A DNA stretch of 64,000 bases from Schizochytrium sp. TIO01 (taxonomy: Eukaryota; Protista; Bigyra: Labyrinthulomycetes). Made by a program: the position numbers and the translations under genes. Shown here piece by piece: positions 9,702 through 21,200 of this stretch (position 1 is the first letter of the stretch; every line of letters starts with the position of its first letter). The notes beneath the pieces are model-generated. The model made no database searches. It was not told the DNA's origin and saw only the letters and a list, made by a program, of their open reading frames with translations. The stretch is from contig SMSO01000031.1 in the NCBI GenBank assembly GCA_004764695.1, positions 4,688,436-4,752,435 on the forward strand, in the 5' to 3' direction.

Positions 9702-11537
9702 ATGAGGCTCCTAGGAGAAGGTCACGCGCCACAACGACGGAGCAGTGGACGGCTACGAGAATCTGACGATCCGCGAACCCTTCGTGAAGCATATGAGAGG
9801 AGCGGAGAGCTTGCCATGACAATGTACCTTCTGCAAGCCATGCCAATATTCGCAGCGCGTGAGAAGGCACTACCTGCTAGCAGACACGTGCTCGATGAGG
9901 TTCTTCAGAGCCTTCTTTGGCGAATACACCATGTACATGTACACCATGAGGATGAGGGTCATAATGGAGATGTAAGCACTATGTTACGGCCTCAGATGCT
10001 TGCAGAGTTTCAGTCTTGGGCCGAGCGTCAGCTTCAGGCGTATCACGCCGGTTCCAGTTCCTCGGATATTACAGATTCGGGTACGGCTAGAAAGACAACT
10101 CCAAACTCGGATGTAAGCATGAACATGCTCAACGCAGAAAGCGCAGACAATATCAAATTACCTCTGCAATTTCCAACCGCAAACTCAAATCTGTTAAACT
10201 CTTCTAAAGCGAGTCTTGCCGAAATGGGTTCTGCTAGAATAGGTTTTGCTCCAAGGATCCCTCGCAGCACAGCTCTGGATCCACCGGGAGATCTCTCAGC
10301 TGCAGTGGCATGTGATGCGCTGTGGCGACTAGGCCGAAACATGCCAGAACTACGTATTATTCACGCGCAGCTAGCACCAGCTGTGTTCAGAGGTTACAAG
10401 ACCCCACAGACATCCAGTGTGTACATGTTGGAATCTTGGCGAGATGCAGCGCGAACAGGCTCATGCGTGGAGCGAGACCGTGCAGACTTCCTGATTAAAG
10501 TATTTGAAAATGCAAGCCCAAAAGCTCAGGGAACTTTCCTAGCGGAGACGCTCCAAGGTCTCTCGAAAAACCCACGAGATCTGCAACGCAGCGAGAGCAT
10601 GCAACACTTGCTAATGGCATGCCACAACAAGACTCCACTTGCTTTCGTAGCCTTCCTAGTCCACGCAGCAAGTGCTGACGAACTTGAAAAGGCCGACTTT
10701 CACGCAATAAATTTCTCTCCTCGCGTCTCAAAAATTCTTGCGAGGAAGTCCCTTGCCAGACTCAAGCCTGCGCGCACCAAGCCGAAGCATCAAAACCCAG
10801 ATCATATTTCCCTAGTAAAAAATTCTTGTTTGGACAACGCTGAAAAGGGTGAAAATGGGTTGTGGCAAGCGGAAGGTGAAAAGAAGGTAAAAGAAGGCGA
10901 AGTGGCTAGGGTTTCCTCTAGTAGAGATGCTACACACAGAGACGAAGAGCAATGTGAGCAGAAAACAACAGCGAAGAGAACGCCTAGCCCCGCCAGCGCA
11001 TTGACGAGGCCCGGCGTGGCGAAGAAACATTCGCAGACATCACCAAGGGCGCGAATTGGCCTGGCGCATTCATCACAAAGCTTACAAGAAGAACCCTTAC
11101 AGCAGGAGGTTTCTAGAGGCGATTCACCGAGCTACGAGAAAGTTGACAACAACAACCTGGATAACCACGCGGGAAAGGACTTTGAAGGGGACTTTGAAGA
11201 GGACTCTGAAGAAGAAAGCAGTTTTGAATGGGACGGATTTGTTGAAGAGGAGGACAACGAGGACGAAGAAGGCAGGCAGGGAAATAAAGAACAGACACTA
11301 GGTACAAGTAAGGCTTCGAGGTTAGTGACAGCAGACAAGCCTGGGAAAGTTGAGGACGAGAAAAAAGTTCTACTGCAGCTAGTGGAGGAAGAAGAAGACC
11401 GCCAAGTCCTTGTGGCGGCGCTGACGCTCCTAGCAAGAAAAGTCGCCAAAGACGAGGTTGCAAGAATTAGAGCGCATAGGTCAAGTACACTTGCTGAAGC
11501 AATTTCTCTCCTTCTGCCAGATTTAGATACCAAGTGA
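9702..11537 (+). CDS. Hypothetical protein (helical N-half, acidic/disordered C-half)
   Basis: Open frame of more than 600 codons (track 9672-11537; first in-frame ATG at 9702); no recognisable motif. Confidence 0.6.
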   Translation: MRLLGEGHAPQRRSSGRLRESDDPRTLREAYERSGELAMTMYLLQAMPIFAAREKALPASRHVLDEVLQSLLWRIHHVHVHHEDEGHNGDVSTMLRPQMLAEFQSWAERQLQAYHAGSSSSDITDSGTARKTTPNSDVSMNMLNAESADNIKLPLQFPTANSNLLNSSKASLAEMGSARIGFAPRIPRSTALDPPGDLSAAVACDALWRLGRNMPELRIIHAQLAPAVFRGYKTPQTSSVYMLESWRDAARTGSCVERDRADFLIKVFENASPKAQGTFLAETLQGLSKNPRDLQRSESMQHLLMACHNKTPLAFVAFLVHAASADELEKADFHAINFSPRVSKILARKSLARLKPARTKPKHQNPDHISLVKNSCLDNAEKGENGLWQAEGEKKVKEGEVARVSSSRDATHRDEEQCEQKTTAKRTPSPASALTRPGVAKKHSQTSPRARIGLAHSSQSLQEEPLQQEVSRGDSPSYEKVDNNNLDNHAGKDFEGDFEEDSEEESSFEWDGFVEEEDNEDEEGRQGNKEQTLGTSKASRLVTADKPGKVEDEKKVLLQLVEEEEDRQVLVAALTLLARKVAKDEVARIRAHRSSTLAEAISLLLPDLDTK

Positions 11538-11725
11538 ACGCATAAACGCAAGGTTGTTGCGCCCTCCAGCAATTTCTTTAGCAAGCAAACGAGAACTTTG
11601 TCAGATTTAGTGTTCCTATACTCTGGAAAGAGGGCAAAACGAAGTATCTACTGTATCTGGGTCGCCCCAACTGGTAAAAGGCTTCTTGCCGCACCTCCCT
11701 TCATAGGCTTTCTTCCAGAATCGAA

Positions 11726-12742
11726 ATGCGCCTTGTGGTTTTTGAGAAGATTAATGCACGCCTGTCTCAGGCTGTCAAATACGGAGACCCTCTTGAAGAC
11801 ATTATTTCTGATAATGATCTTGAGTCGTGGGAGACAAGCTGGAATGCTGTGGGTAGCATTTATGCTCATCTTTACAAGGATCACATCAAAGCAACTACTC
11901 CAATGGTACGGCGTAAGTTACACCAACTTACACGAAGATATTTTAAAATGGCTGGAAACATGCCACCTCGGGATGATGTGATAATCCGGCTCGCACAGGA
12001 GGTAAATTATTCACCATTCTTGCTGGCCCGCCTCATCGTCGGGCAAAAGTATAAAATTGCAAAGAAGGAGCTCGCACGGACCATGCGAGACCCAGAAAAA
12101 TTAATTTCGGATAAAGTTCTGCGCCAAAATGTTCTAGCGTGCAGAGAAATCGATACTCAGTACTCTCCAATCCATGACAAGTGCCGTGAGGTGTCCGGTG
12201 ATGAGCATGAATATATTTTGAGCCGGAAATTAGGTGCGCTGGAGATTCCTTTTCTCTCGGAAGATGCTTTGAGAGACCTTGGATTTGCCAAGACTGTCGA
12301 TTTTCTGCTTGAAACGCCCATTGCTGTGTATGGTCCAAAGGGCGAGCTACGCGTGATCTTCTGGATCGATTCTAAAGCAATGTTTGGTGATCCCGCTACC
12401 CATAAGGAGAACACTCCTCAGCTGCAGGGTTATGTACACCGTTTTGGCCCAGGGCTTGTAATATATTGGACAGGTTATGTCGAAGAACTCAATGTACATG
12501 ATGATATTTTATTGGCACAAGATTTGCCAACGCGATTCGCGAGTCTTCCTCGCCTGCAAATGCATCCTTCGGTTGCAGTTGCATCTTCTCCGTCAGAGCC
12601 TGTGCCTGCAACTTTACCAGGTCTTCACTCGACTCAGACTTTTAACAAGACCTCTCCTCCTCCTCCTCCTCCTACTACTACCTCTACTACCACTACTATT
12701 GCTACTACTAGCAGCAGTTCTATTACACTCGCTTCAATGTAA
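11726..12742 (+). CDS. CDIN1: CDIN1/C15orf41-like PD-(D/E)XK nuclease-fold protein (TPD domain)
   Basis: Signatures GDEHEYIL, KTVDFLLETP (family TPD), WIDSKAMFG, QLQGYVHRFGPGLVIYW; poly-Pro/Thr tail. Confidence 0.85.
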   Translation: MRLVVFEKINARLSQAVKYGDPLEDIISDNDLESWETSWNAVGSIYAHLYKDHIKATTPMVRRKLHQLTRRYFKMAGNMPPRDDVIIRLAQEVNYSPFLLARLIVGQKYKIAKKELARTMRDPEKLISDKVLRQNVLACREIDTQYSPIHDKCREVSGDEHEYILSRKLGALEIPFLSEDALRDLGFAKTVDFLLETPIAVYGPKGELRVIFWIDSKAMFGDPATHKENTPQLQGYVHRFGPGLVIYWTGYVEELNVHDDILLAQDLPTRFASLPRLQMHPSVAVASSPSEPVPATLPGLHSTQTFNKTSPPPPPPTTTSTTTTIATTSSSSITLASM

Positions 12743-15700
12743 TTTATTTGTTGTCGGAATGTCCTATAAATAATGATTAGAAGAAACGTTTTTCACCAAA
12801 TATCCATGACGTAAGTCTGTTAGAAACATATCAAACTCACAACGCTTGTGAAGGTGTTTTTGAAAATTCCTTACACAGCAGGAGCACTAGGCCTGTGAAT
12901 TTCTTCTATCATGCTCAACATGAATGTTTAGTATTTGTCCTTATATTTCTCCGCTCTCAAAATCTTTTAATAAAAGGATTCTTCTGATGGCGGATCCTCG
13001 ATTTCAACAAGTGAAGTTCCAAGTTGTGGGACTCTCCTTTTCAAAGAAATTAGATGAAAAGGGGTTTCTTAGAAAAGATCATCTTTGTCGAATTGAGGTT
13101 GTTTGGTAGAGAATGTTCAATCTTTTTACTTTGTCGAATGAGATCTTTCGCTAACTATACATTAGTTTCACATGGTTCAAACTTCCACCATAGTAAAAAT
13201 TGGACGTGGTGTGAATTCCAAAACATGAGAAGTCATAATCTTCACGTTCTCAGATCGATCTGTTGCCTGGTTCGCCTCAGGTCTTTTCCCACTTTTACTT
13301 GAACTCTTCAATTTAATCGTCAAAAATTACTATTAATTAATTTTAATTTTAATAAATATTATTTGTATTGATCATATGATATGCACGTGTTACGTTGTGC
13401 AAAGGTACCACCAGATATAATAAAAGCTCACTTAACTTCTATGCTTTGTCGATAAAATTTACGCGATGAAGCTAAGGAACTCTCTAGCTGGTAGAGTATC
13501 TTTTATTTAGATGATGAATGGCAGGTCTAGCCTCGTGATGGCCTCAAAGATAGATTTCATACCTTATGTTTCACAAATGGACAGATATGTTTCGATCAAA
13601 GTCCAAATTTTTATTTTATTATTTTAGCAGATCACTTTTACTTTTTTATATTTCGTGTTTTAGAGACACATACTGACTCCTAGGAGAAATTAGTACCTGT
13701 ATCTTCACATTCTAAATTTTCGGCTAGTGGTACATTATGATGATGTGAATTCGCAAAGGAGCTTTGGGATACTGGAGAGTTGTTTACGTATGTTGGTTGC
13801 TGCTCGCGATTTAGTTGTATGCACTTGAGAGACTTTATTTAGTAACTCAGCCAAAGTTATTCTCTCTTTTTGCTCTCTCTCTCTCTATTTATAAAATTAA
13901 AAAAAGTTTTTAAGCAAGCCTTGGATTCTTCTTTGGTTCTGTGCTCAAAAGAGCTTTTTATTAATCTCTTATGGCCACACGTCTTTGTTAGAATTCCCAG
14001 ACATCTATTTGATCTGTGTGAACTAGTATACCTCATGCTAACTAAACAAGCGAAACTTTTACATACTTACCCAGCAACTCTCTATTTATATTAAACATTC
14101 TAGAAAGTATGGATCGTCTTCGAGGTTCCCATAACAATTTTCACAATTTATCAGATGAGCACGTTCTTAGAACGAAAAATAATCCTTCATTCTGCAATCA
14201 TAATGTTCCTTCCACTGCCACTGCAACCGGGGTAGCTACCTCCTTAGTAAGCTGGCGAATATTAGGTGCTCACGTTTTCTTTGGCCATGCGCATGGGCAT
14301 GGGTGCTTCCCTTCGAGTCTTGTTTTGCACTGACGTGGCTGGTTTTAAGAGAGTGCTGTGCTCGTGCCGTGCTTCATGCTTTTCATTCCCTCCCCCAATC
14401 TTTTATGTAATGTCCAACATTTTCAGTTGTGTTGGCGAGCGAGCATAATCCGTTGTTAGTTCTATTTTTACCTCGAGATTGGTAAAAGAAGGTTGACAAA
14501 ATCAAACACTCTGCTACCAGCTACCACTAGCTGCCTATTATTTATCTATACCTGGTGGGTAGGTAAGCAAAGAAACAGCTCTTCTCCAGACAGCGATGAT
14601 ATATACGCCTCTGCGAAGCAATGGCCAGCACCTACAAGCTTCTACGTTTTAAAAGTTGAATTGTTGGTGTTGCAAGTAGGTAGGCATCTATTACAATCTT
14701 CATGAAAGTGGTTTTTGTTAGATCTTCAATTCGATTGCCTCAACACGTCCTCAGAGTTCCTGTGGTCCACACAGTGCAATCAAATATTTATTACACATGA
14801 TCTTTCTTTCACTCTTGTGTTACAGGTTAAAAGTTTTACTGTTACTGGTGTTAGTGCTAAGAATTGCTACGTAGATGCCTTTCGTAGTGTGTCTGGGCAA
14901 TGCGATATACACAACCCCCGCTGGCTCGTCGTCAATTAAAGATAAGCAGGCAACTACAAAAAATGAATCATTGGCCACGATCGAAGAGTGGAGTGATTGC
15001 GAAACTCAATTCACGTGGACCCTTGGCTTTGTGCAGTGTAGGTGAGGTTAACAAAACTTGGTTAACAAAACTTAAAGCGCAGTCTACGTCTCGTTGGCTG
15101 CTGGTAATGAATGTGGCATGGATCAAAAAAGCAAAATGTTGCTCCTTTTAAAGACTATATTATTACTATTACCAATTTTAATATATATAAGACAAACTAA
15201 TCATTGCGAGTGCCCTTTTCGAGAGATCTGATCTACCAGTAGTAGTATTACATAGGCAACTCAGTTGTTCTTAGATTGCGTTGCTAGCACCAAGGAAAGA
15301 AAGAGAGTGTGCTTTCAGACGTTTCAATTAAAAGATCATGCACAACTTCGCAATTTTCAATCACTTTCATTTTATTACGTTAATAATAACAATGTTCCAA
15401 ATCTTTAAGTTGCTGCTTATCTTCAATAAGCGACTGCCGTGGCCCTGCCTAGTAAATATATCTCCTTCAATGCGAAGGACCCTCAAAAAGCTGCCTGAGC
15501 CAGCACCACACCACACAAATGGTCTCAAGTGGGTTCTGCACGGGCTGAAAGAAGTCCCGGACCCACTCGCATCACTTCAACTTCAGGTCGAAGCGCAATT
15601 GTAATGGCACTTTCATTTCGTAAATTTTAAAGAGGTTTGCTAATTCAGTTTATAATAGAGCAACACTTCAAACAAAAATGCGTAGCTTACATGTTGCATT

Positions 15701-18256
15701 TCATTCACGAATCCGGTTTGGGGGAAGCGAGATAGAGACACACTCGTTCAATTATGAGTTCACAAAGGAAGGTTCTGCAACCAATTTGACGATATCAATG
15801 CATGTGCCAACTAGGGAACCAGTCAACCAAAGAGTAGCTGGCTGGTATCTAGGTACTACACCTCGGCGTCTCATCACCAAGTTCAAGTTGCTGGTTTCTA
15901 TTATTGGCGCTTGTAATGAGAAGCCTTCGAGTTTTCCAGCTACATCACCGAAAGCTAAAGCGGCGCCATAGACGATAATCTTCCATCCTCATGTGGTTCA
16001 CACAAGAAAGAAAGTAGTTACCTTGTTTGCCTTTGTTGTAATTTCATTAAAGAAAATAGTTTTTTGTTGTTGTTGTTGTTTTAGCTCTCGCTTTTCTGAT
16101 GACTCGGAATCCCCTGCACAGAAACTTCTGGCGAAGCTCGTCAAGGTAGTCTCGCACACGTTTACTCTAAATTTAACCTCATCAGCAATGCTTAAGACTT
16201 AATTTCGCTCCAGCCTAAGTACACGTGAACATATCATAGTCACAAAAACCACCATTATCTTCGCGAGAGACTTGGAATGAGGCATTCAAGAAAGCTCGTG
16301 GAGTCCGTCATTCCGGCCGAATTTATCTTTAAAGAGACCTTGGAGGCGTCAGCTTTGGCCCTAGAACTACCAGCCTCTCAGACTGGGTCCGCTGCAACTT
16401 TTATATGCAGCACTTGGCCAACTTGCAAGTTAGAAAACTGTACACGGAACAGCTGCAGCACCAAAAGAGAACGTGCCGCTTTTTCGGGAGGTTCTGCAAA
16501 CGTACCTCTACGGGGGCACTCGGCGATAGATTTTGATACTATATGTTCGCACACCTACATACTTTTATAACAAAACCCCCTAAAATGCACGACCCTGTAT
16601 AAACATACTATAAACTTGTATGAACTTGACGTCTTTGAGGTGCAATTTGCAATTGTTTATAAAAGTTGGAAAGCTGAGGACTCCTTCCGGAACTCATTCG
16701 CATGCCCCACTCACTCCGCATCTGACCGCTGCCTACCATACAGTTTTGGAGGCTTCCGCAGCCGTCAGTTTGTGAAACAAGAGGCTCGAAGCTGAGAAGA
16801 ACGATCATGGAGGATCGTGCATTGAAATTTTGCAGACTTTACGCGCAAGGCCCCAAGGATGTACTACAGTGAATATTGATAAATCGTCGCGTTCGATCGA
16901 AGTTCTGGCCAAATTATACAAAGTTGAGTTTGGAAAGAATGATTTGCTTTTCATTTGTATTTGTAGTTGTCGTTCCGCAACCAACTTGGCTTATCCTAGC
17001 CATGATGTGGATTCAAAATAGTACCCCATGCATCATCTTACTAATAGTATCCGTCATTTTTTCTTTTTTTTTTAATTAGTTCACGTGGTCAGATGCATCT
17101 GCTGTTTCGGACACCCCAGCCACATGCTCAACCTGAAGATTGTTATGCTATGTAGCCTTGATCGATCACGTGAATGGAGCTATCCAAATTGGGATGCAAA
17201 GCTTGTTCAGGGTAGCTATCTTTCTTGCAAAACGCCACCGCTCAGGTCAGCCAGCAGCGCAAGAATAGAACTTTTGATCTACAATACTTTGTTGGACGCT
17301 ATTTCTGCGAAACTTTTTTTAAAGCTAAACGTGTGAAAAACAAAAAACAAAAAACCACATTTTTTTTTTAAAATAAAATTAAAAATAACTTTTAAATTAA
17401 AATCAAAACTTCGACGAAAGTCTCCATAGTAGGGCATATTAATTTCGAGCTAAATTAAGAACTATCTCTTGAAGAAAGAAATGATGAAATTAAACCTATT
17501 ATTATTTTATATACATCTTTTCATTTATTTATTTTTCAAAGCTGATTAATAATATATTATAAGGGGGAGTTACTTCTGAGCCCATTTTAATCTTCTCTCT
17601 TATTATTATTATCTTCTCTAGCTCTAAAAGTTTCTTACCTACATTCTTTACATTCCTTATTTCTACTTCGTCATCATCATTCATGCGCGGCAAATCCGGA
17701 TCTCGAGAGCGACGCGCGTACGGCGAGCAAGAAGTAGCAAAGCTTTGATCGACCTGGCAGCCGCGAGGTCGGCTGGGTCGCCAAGAATCCCTTGAGATTT
17801 GTGAGGCTGTGCAGAGAACCGCTCAGAGGTTGTTCCAGACAGAGAATACTGTGAGAGCGTTGACACGAGTTGCTTGCAATCCACGTTTACTTCGATTTGT
17901 TTCGAACCGAAGGACGTGTTTGGCGAGTTGCATTGTGACGCAAGATTGATTGTATTCTCGCTTTGGTTTTGCATTTACGCTACTTCTGTTGTGTACTGGG
18001 CATCGGAAGTTCGAAGCGAACGAGCGTAGAAGGATTCCTCTAGAGCGTTAAGACTTAGGCCAGGGAAGGAACCAACAGGACAGTCAGTCTTTTGCCGTTC
18101 AAAAAGTACAGCCTCTGCTGTGAACCAAGTTACCCAAATATATTTCAAATACAACATCGTCTGCTACACAGAGAAGAGAGTTCTTGCAATAGCAACAACA
18201 GGGTATCTCTTTGGCGTACTCTTTGGTGAGACTTGATACGATATTTGCCACCGAGA

Positions 18257-21200
18257 ATGGCGAGAACAAGGCGTATTGTACCTCCTGCAAGCCAACAGGA
18301 CCTTCAAATTCATGACTATGGTGATGACCTGGACGACCTTGCCCAAGATGTACTTTGGGAAGCAGTAGGGGACGCTGGGAACGATGATGATGATGGTTCT
18401 GATGATGATGGAAACCCTCGGGCAGTTCACCGACTCGGCCATGGTCGCAACAAGAAGGAAAAGGAAGCCAAACTTATGTCTGCGGCCTTTGACTTTCGAC
18501 GTGGACCTACTCGCTGGCCTGAGGGTGTTGAACTCATTGACGAAAAGAAGGCAGAAGAACTGATTAAGAAAGCCGAGCAGAGTGCTCAAGAGACCAAGAC
18601 CACAACTGGCTCTGCTGTAGCTGATGACCCTTGGGCGGCGGCAGGAATGTACACTTCAATTTCTGGCAATACTGGAGGGTCTGGATTTGGCGGATCTCAC
18701 GAACGCTCTGCTGGTGGGGGATTTGCAAGCATGGGAACCAGCACCTCAACTGGTACAATGCATGGTAGCTCTGGCGTTATGCAAGGTCCAATTGGTCCCA
18801 GTGGCCCTGGTGGATGGGGTTCTCTGGGATTTGGTGCAGAAATGCCTACAGAAGGAAGTGGAGCTGGTGCCCGTGCTACCGCAGCCAAGTCCTCTAGCAG
18901 CACGAAAATTGATGAACGTGCTCTGGACGACCCCTTGTTTAACTTGGCACCACAAAACGCCACGTTTGAGACTCTAAAGGATCACAGTACTGCACTTATC
19001 CTCATGCCTGGTCAACGCTTGAAGCTAGATCTCGAGGAACTCACAAGCTATGGTGCCAGTTCCAAAGCTCGTGCGCGGTCTCGGAAAGAAGTCAAGCGCC
19101 GTGAAGCTCTTCATAAACGCGGCTTGAAGCGCCAGGCAGCAATGGCAAGAGCTGCTGCTTCAAAGGCTGGTGCCGACCTTGCAGCTGTAGAAGCTGCTGT
19201 AGCTAAGGCCGAAGAAGAGGCCGAAAATATGTTTGCTCAACATGAAGGCCTGGAAGACACCTCCGATGAGGAGGGGTTAATGATGGGCGCTGATGATCTC
19301 TTTGATGGAGATGATGATGATGACGGTAGCTTCTATGGTGGTGGTAACCTTGATTCCGATGGCGGATCCATGGTCATGATCGGTGGCAAGTCGCATGGGA
19401 CAGGTGGGGGAGGCGGTGTTCGTTGGACCGATGAGGTTTTTATGGGCACTGGTGGAGACTCTTCGTGGGGTGGCTTTGGAGGCTATGGAGGTTATGGATC
19501 ACTCTTTAAATCCTATGTGAATCAGTACACAATTACGTTGGATGTTAAGTTCGAGTATGACCCTCCTCGTACGGGTGTATCTCTCTTCCAAACTCGTCTT
19601 GTCCATGTGGAGGAGCACCAGCGCACTGGCAAGAAGCGCATCAAGCAATCTGACGGCGAATGTATGATCAACAGTGAAGGTGGAGTTGGTATTTTGGGAT
19701 CCTATGGTGACGTAACAAAAGCCAAAGTGAAGAAGGGTCGCTGGACTCGTATCGTAATTGCTGTGACTTGTGGTAACGAAGAAAGCAAAGGTCAGATTCG
19801 TACATGGGTTGATGCGGTTCCTTGTGCAAGCGTGACCCACGAAGAAATTATGAAAGATGGGCGCTTTGCAATTGACCCAGAGTCCCTCTTTCTCTTTTCA
19901 TCAAAGAATCAAAATATGATGCCAGGTCACGTTGCCATCCGCCATATCCGCGTTGAGACTTGCTTTGCCGACAACAACACGGTTCGGCAGCAGCGCGCAC
20001 GAGATAAACTGATTAGTATGTATGAGGAAGAACGAAAAGATGAAGTTACAGAACAGCGGAAGGGACTTAGCCTTTCAGTTCTTTTTCCTAAGCCGCGTCC
20101 TGTGTGGGTTGCACCTGCACTTACAGGTACATTTGGTGATGCTTTTATTGAAGGCACAACTTTGGAAGCATCAAGCTTATTGAGTTGGTCATACACTGTT
20201 CTCAACTACACTCTTTCTCGTGCCTTGCATGAAATGTCCCCATTCCTTAGTGCACTTTCTGGGGCAGAAAGGGGTTATGTGAGTGATGCTGCCTTCATCT
20301 TTTCACGGAGTGGTGTAATGATGCGCCAGATGATCAGGTTGCTCAAGCACCGAAACAAGACTCAACTCATGGCCTTTTTGCGAAAGCTTCGTACGACTCT
20401 TGCAGACCTTGAGGTTGGTGACACCGTGATGTTGCCTGTGATCGTGGAAAGCAGTGAATTGGTTATTGTGGTCTCACGCACTGCAGATCAACGATTTCGC
20501 TTTGTGGTAATCAACACTGACCCCCTTGGTGGACTAAAGTACCACGCAGTATCCCCGGTCGCTGGTCCACCCAAGCTAAAATATCGCACTTGCATGGTTC
20601 TGAACAACGTTCCCAAAAAGAACGCGCTTGACAATGTGTTCTGGATGGCTGTCTATAACTTGTCTGTTCACACGCACAAGCGCGATATGGACCGCTTCTA
20701 CGACATTTTGTTGCCCTTCCTTACAGGCAAGCCTCTTGAGGCATCGCTCGTCGAGGCAGAAATGGAGGCTGAGCATGGCGACCAGGCAGCCAATGCGGGT
20801 GCCTACCGCTCGCCACAGCGATCGAAAACCGCCTATGTGCGTTGCTTGCTGCAATCTTTACATTTTGTACTACGCGAGAAGGGGCTTGACGAAATGCGCG
20901 CCAAGATGGTTACACTTGCCCTTCGCGCTCAATTTATCAAAATGATTGCCAATGATCTGGAGTTTGTCCATCCTGACGATAATGGAGTGCGGGTCTGTCG
21001 AATGGCCTGCTCCCAGCTGGCGTACTCTACCGTGAAACTGGTAAAACGGCTCTTGACGGATGCTGAAAACCCTGCAAGCTCTCGTGTTGATGACGAAGAG
21101 GGTGAAGTCGAGGACGAAAAGAGCGAAAAGCATCAAGATCCCAAATCCCCAAGTCGACCTTTGGTGAATGAGGATAACCAGGTAAAGGAGAAACGTGATT

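Noticed and set aside
9702-11537. Codanin-1 identity for the gene next to CDIN1
   Set aside because: Tempting from adjacency, but no convincing Codanin-1 motif is visible; it needs a profile search.
18233-18256. TTG start and possible upstream extension of the giant ORF
   Set aside because: An in-frame TGA lies at 18227-18229 and the first ATG is at 18257. An upstream exon cannot be excluded but has no support.
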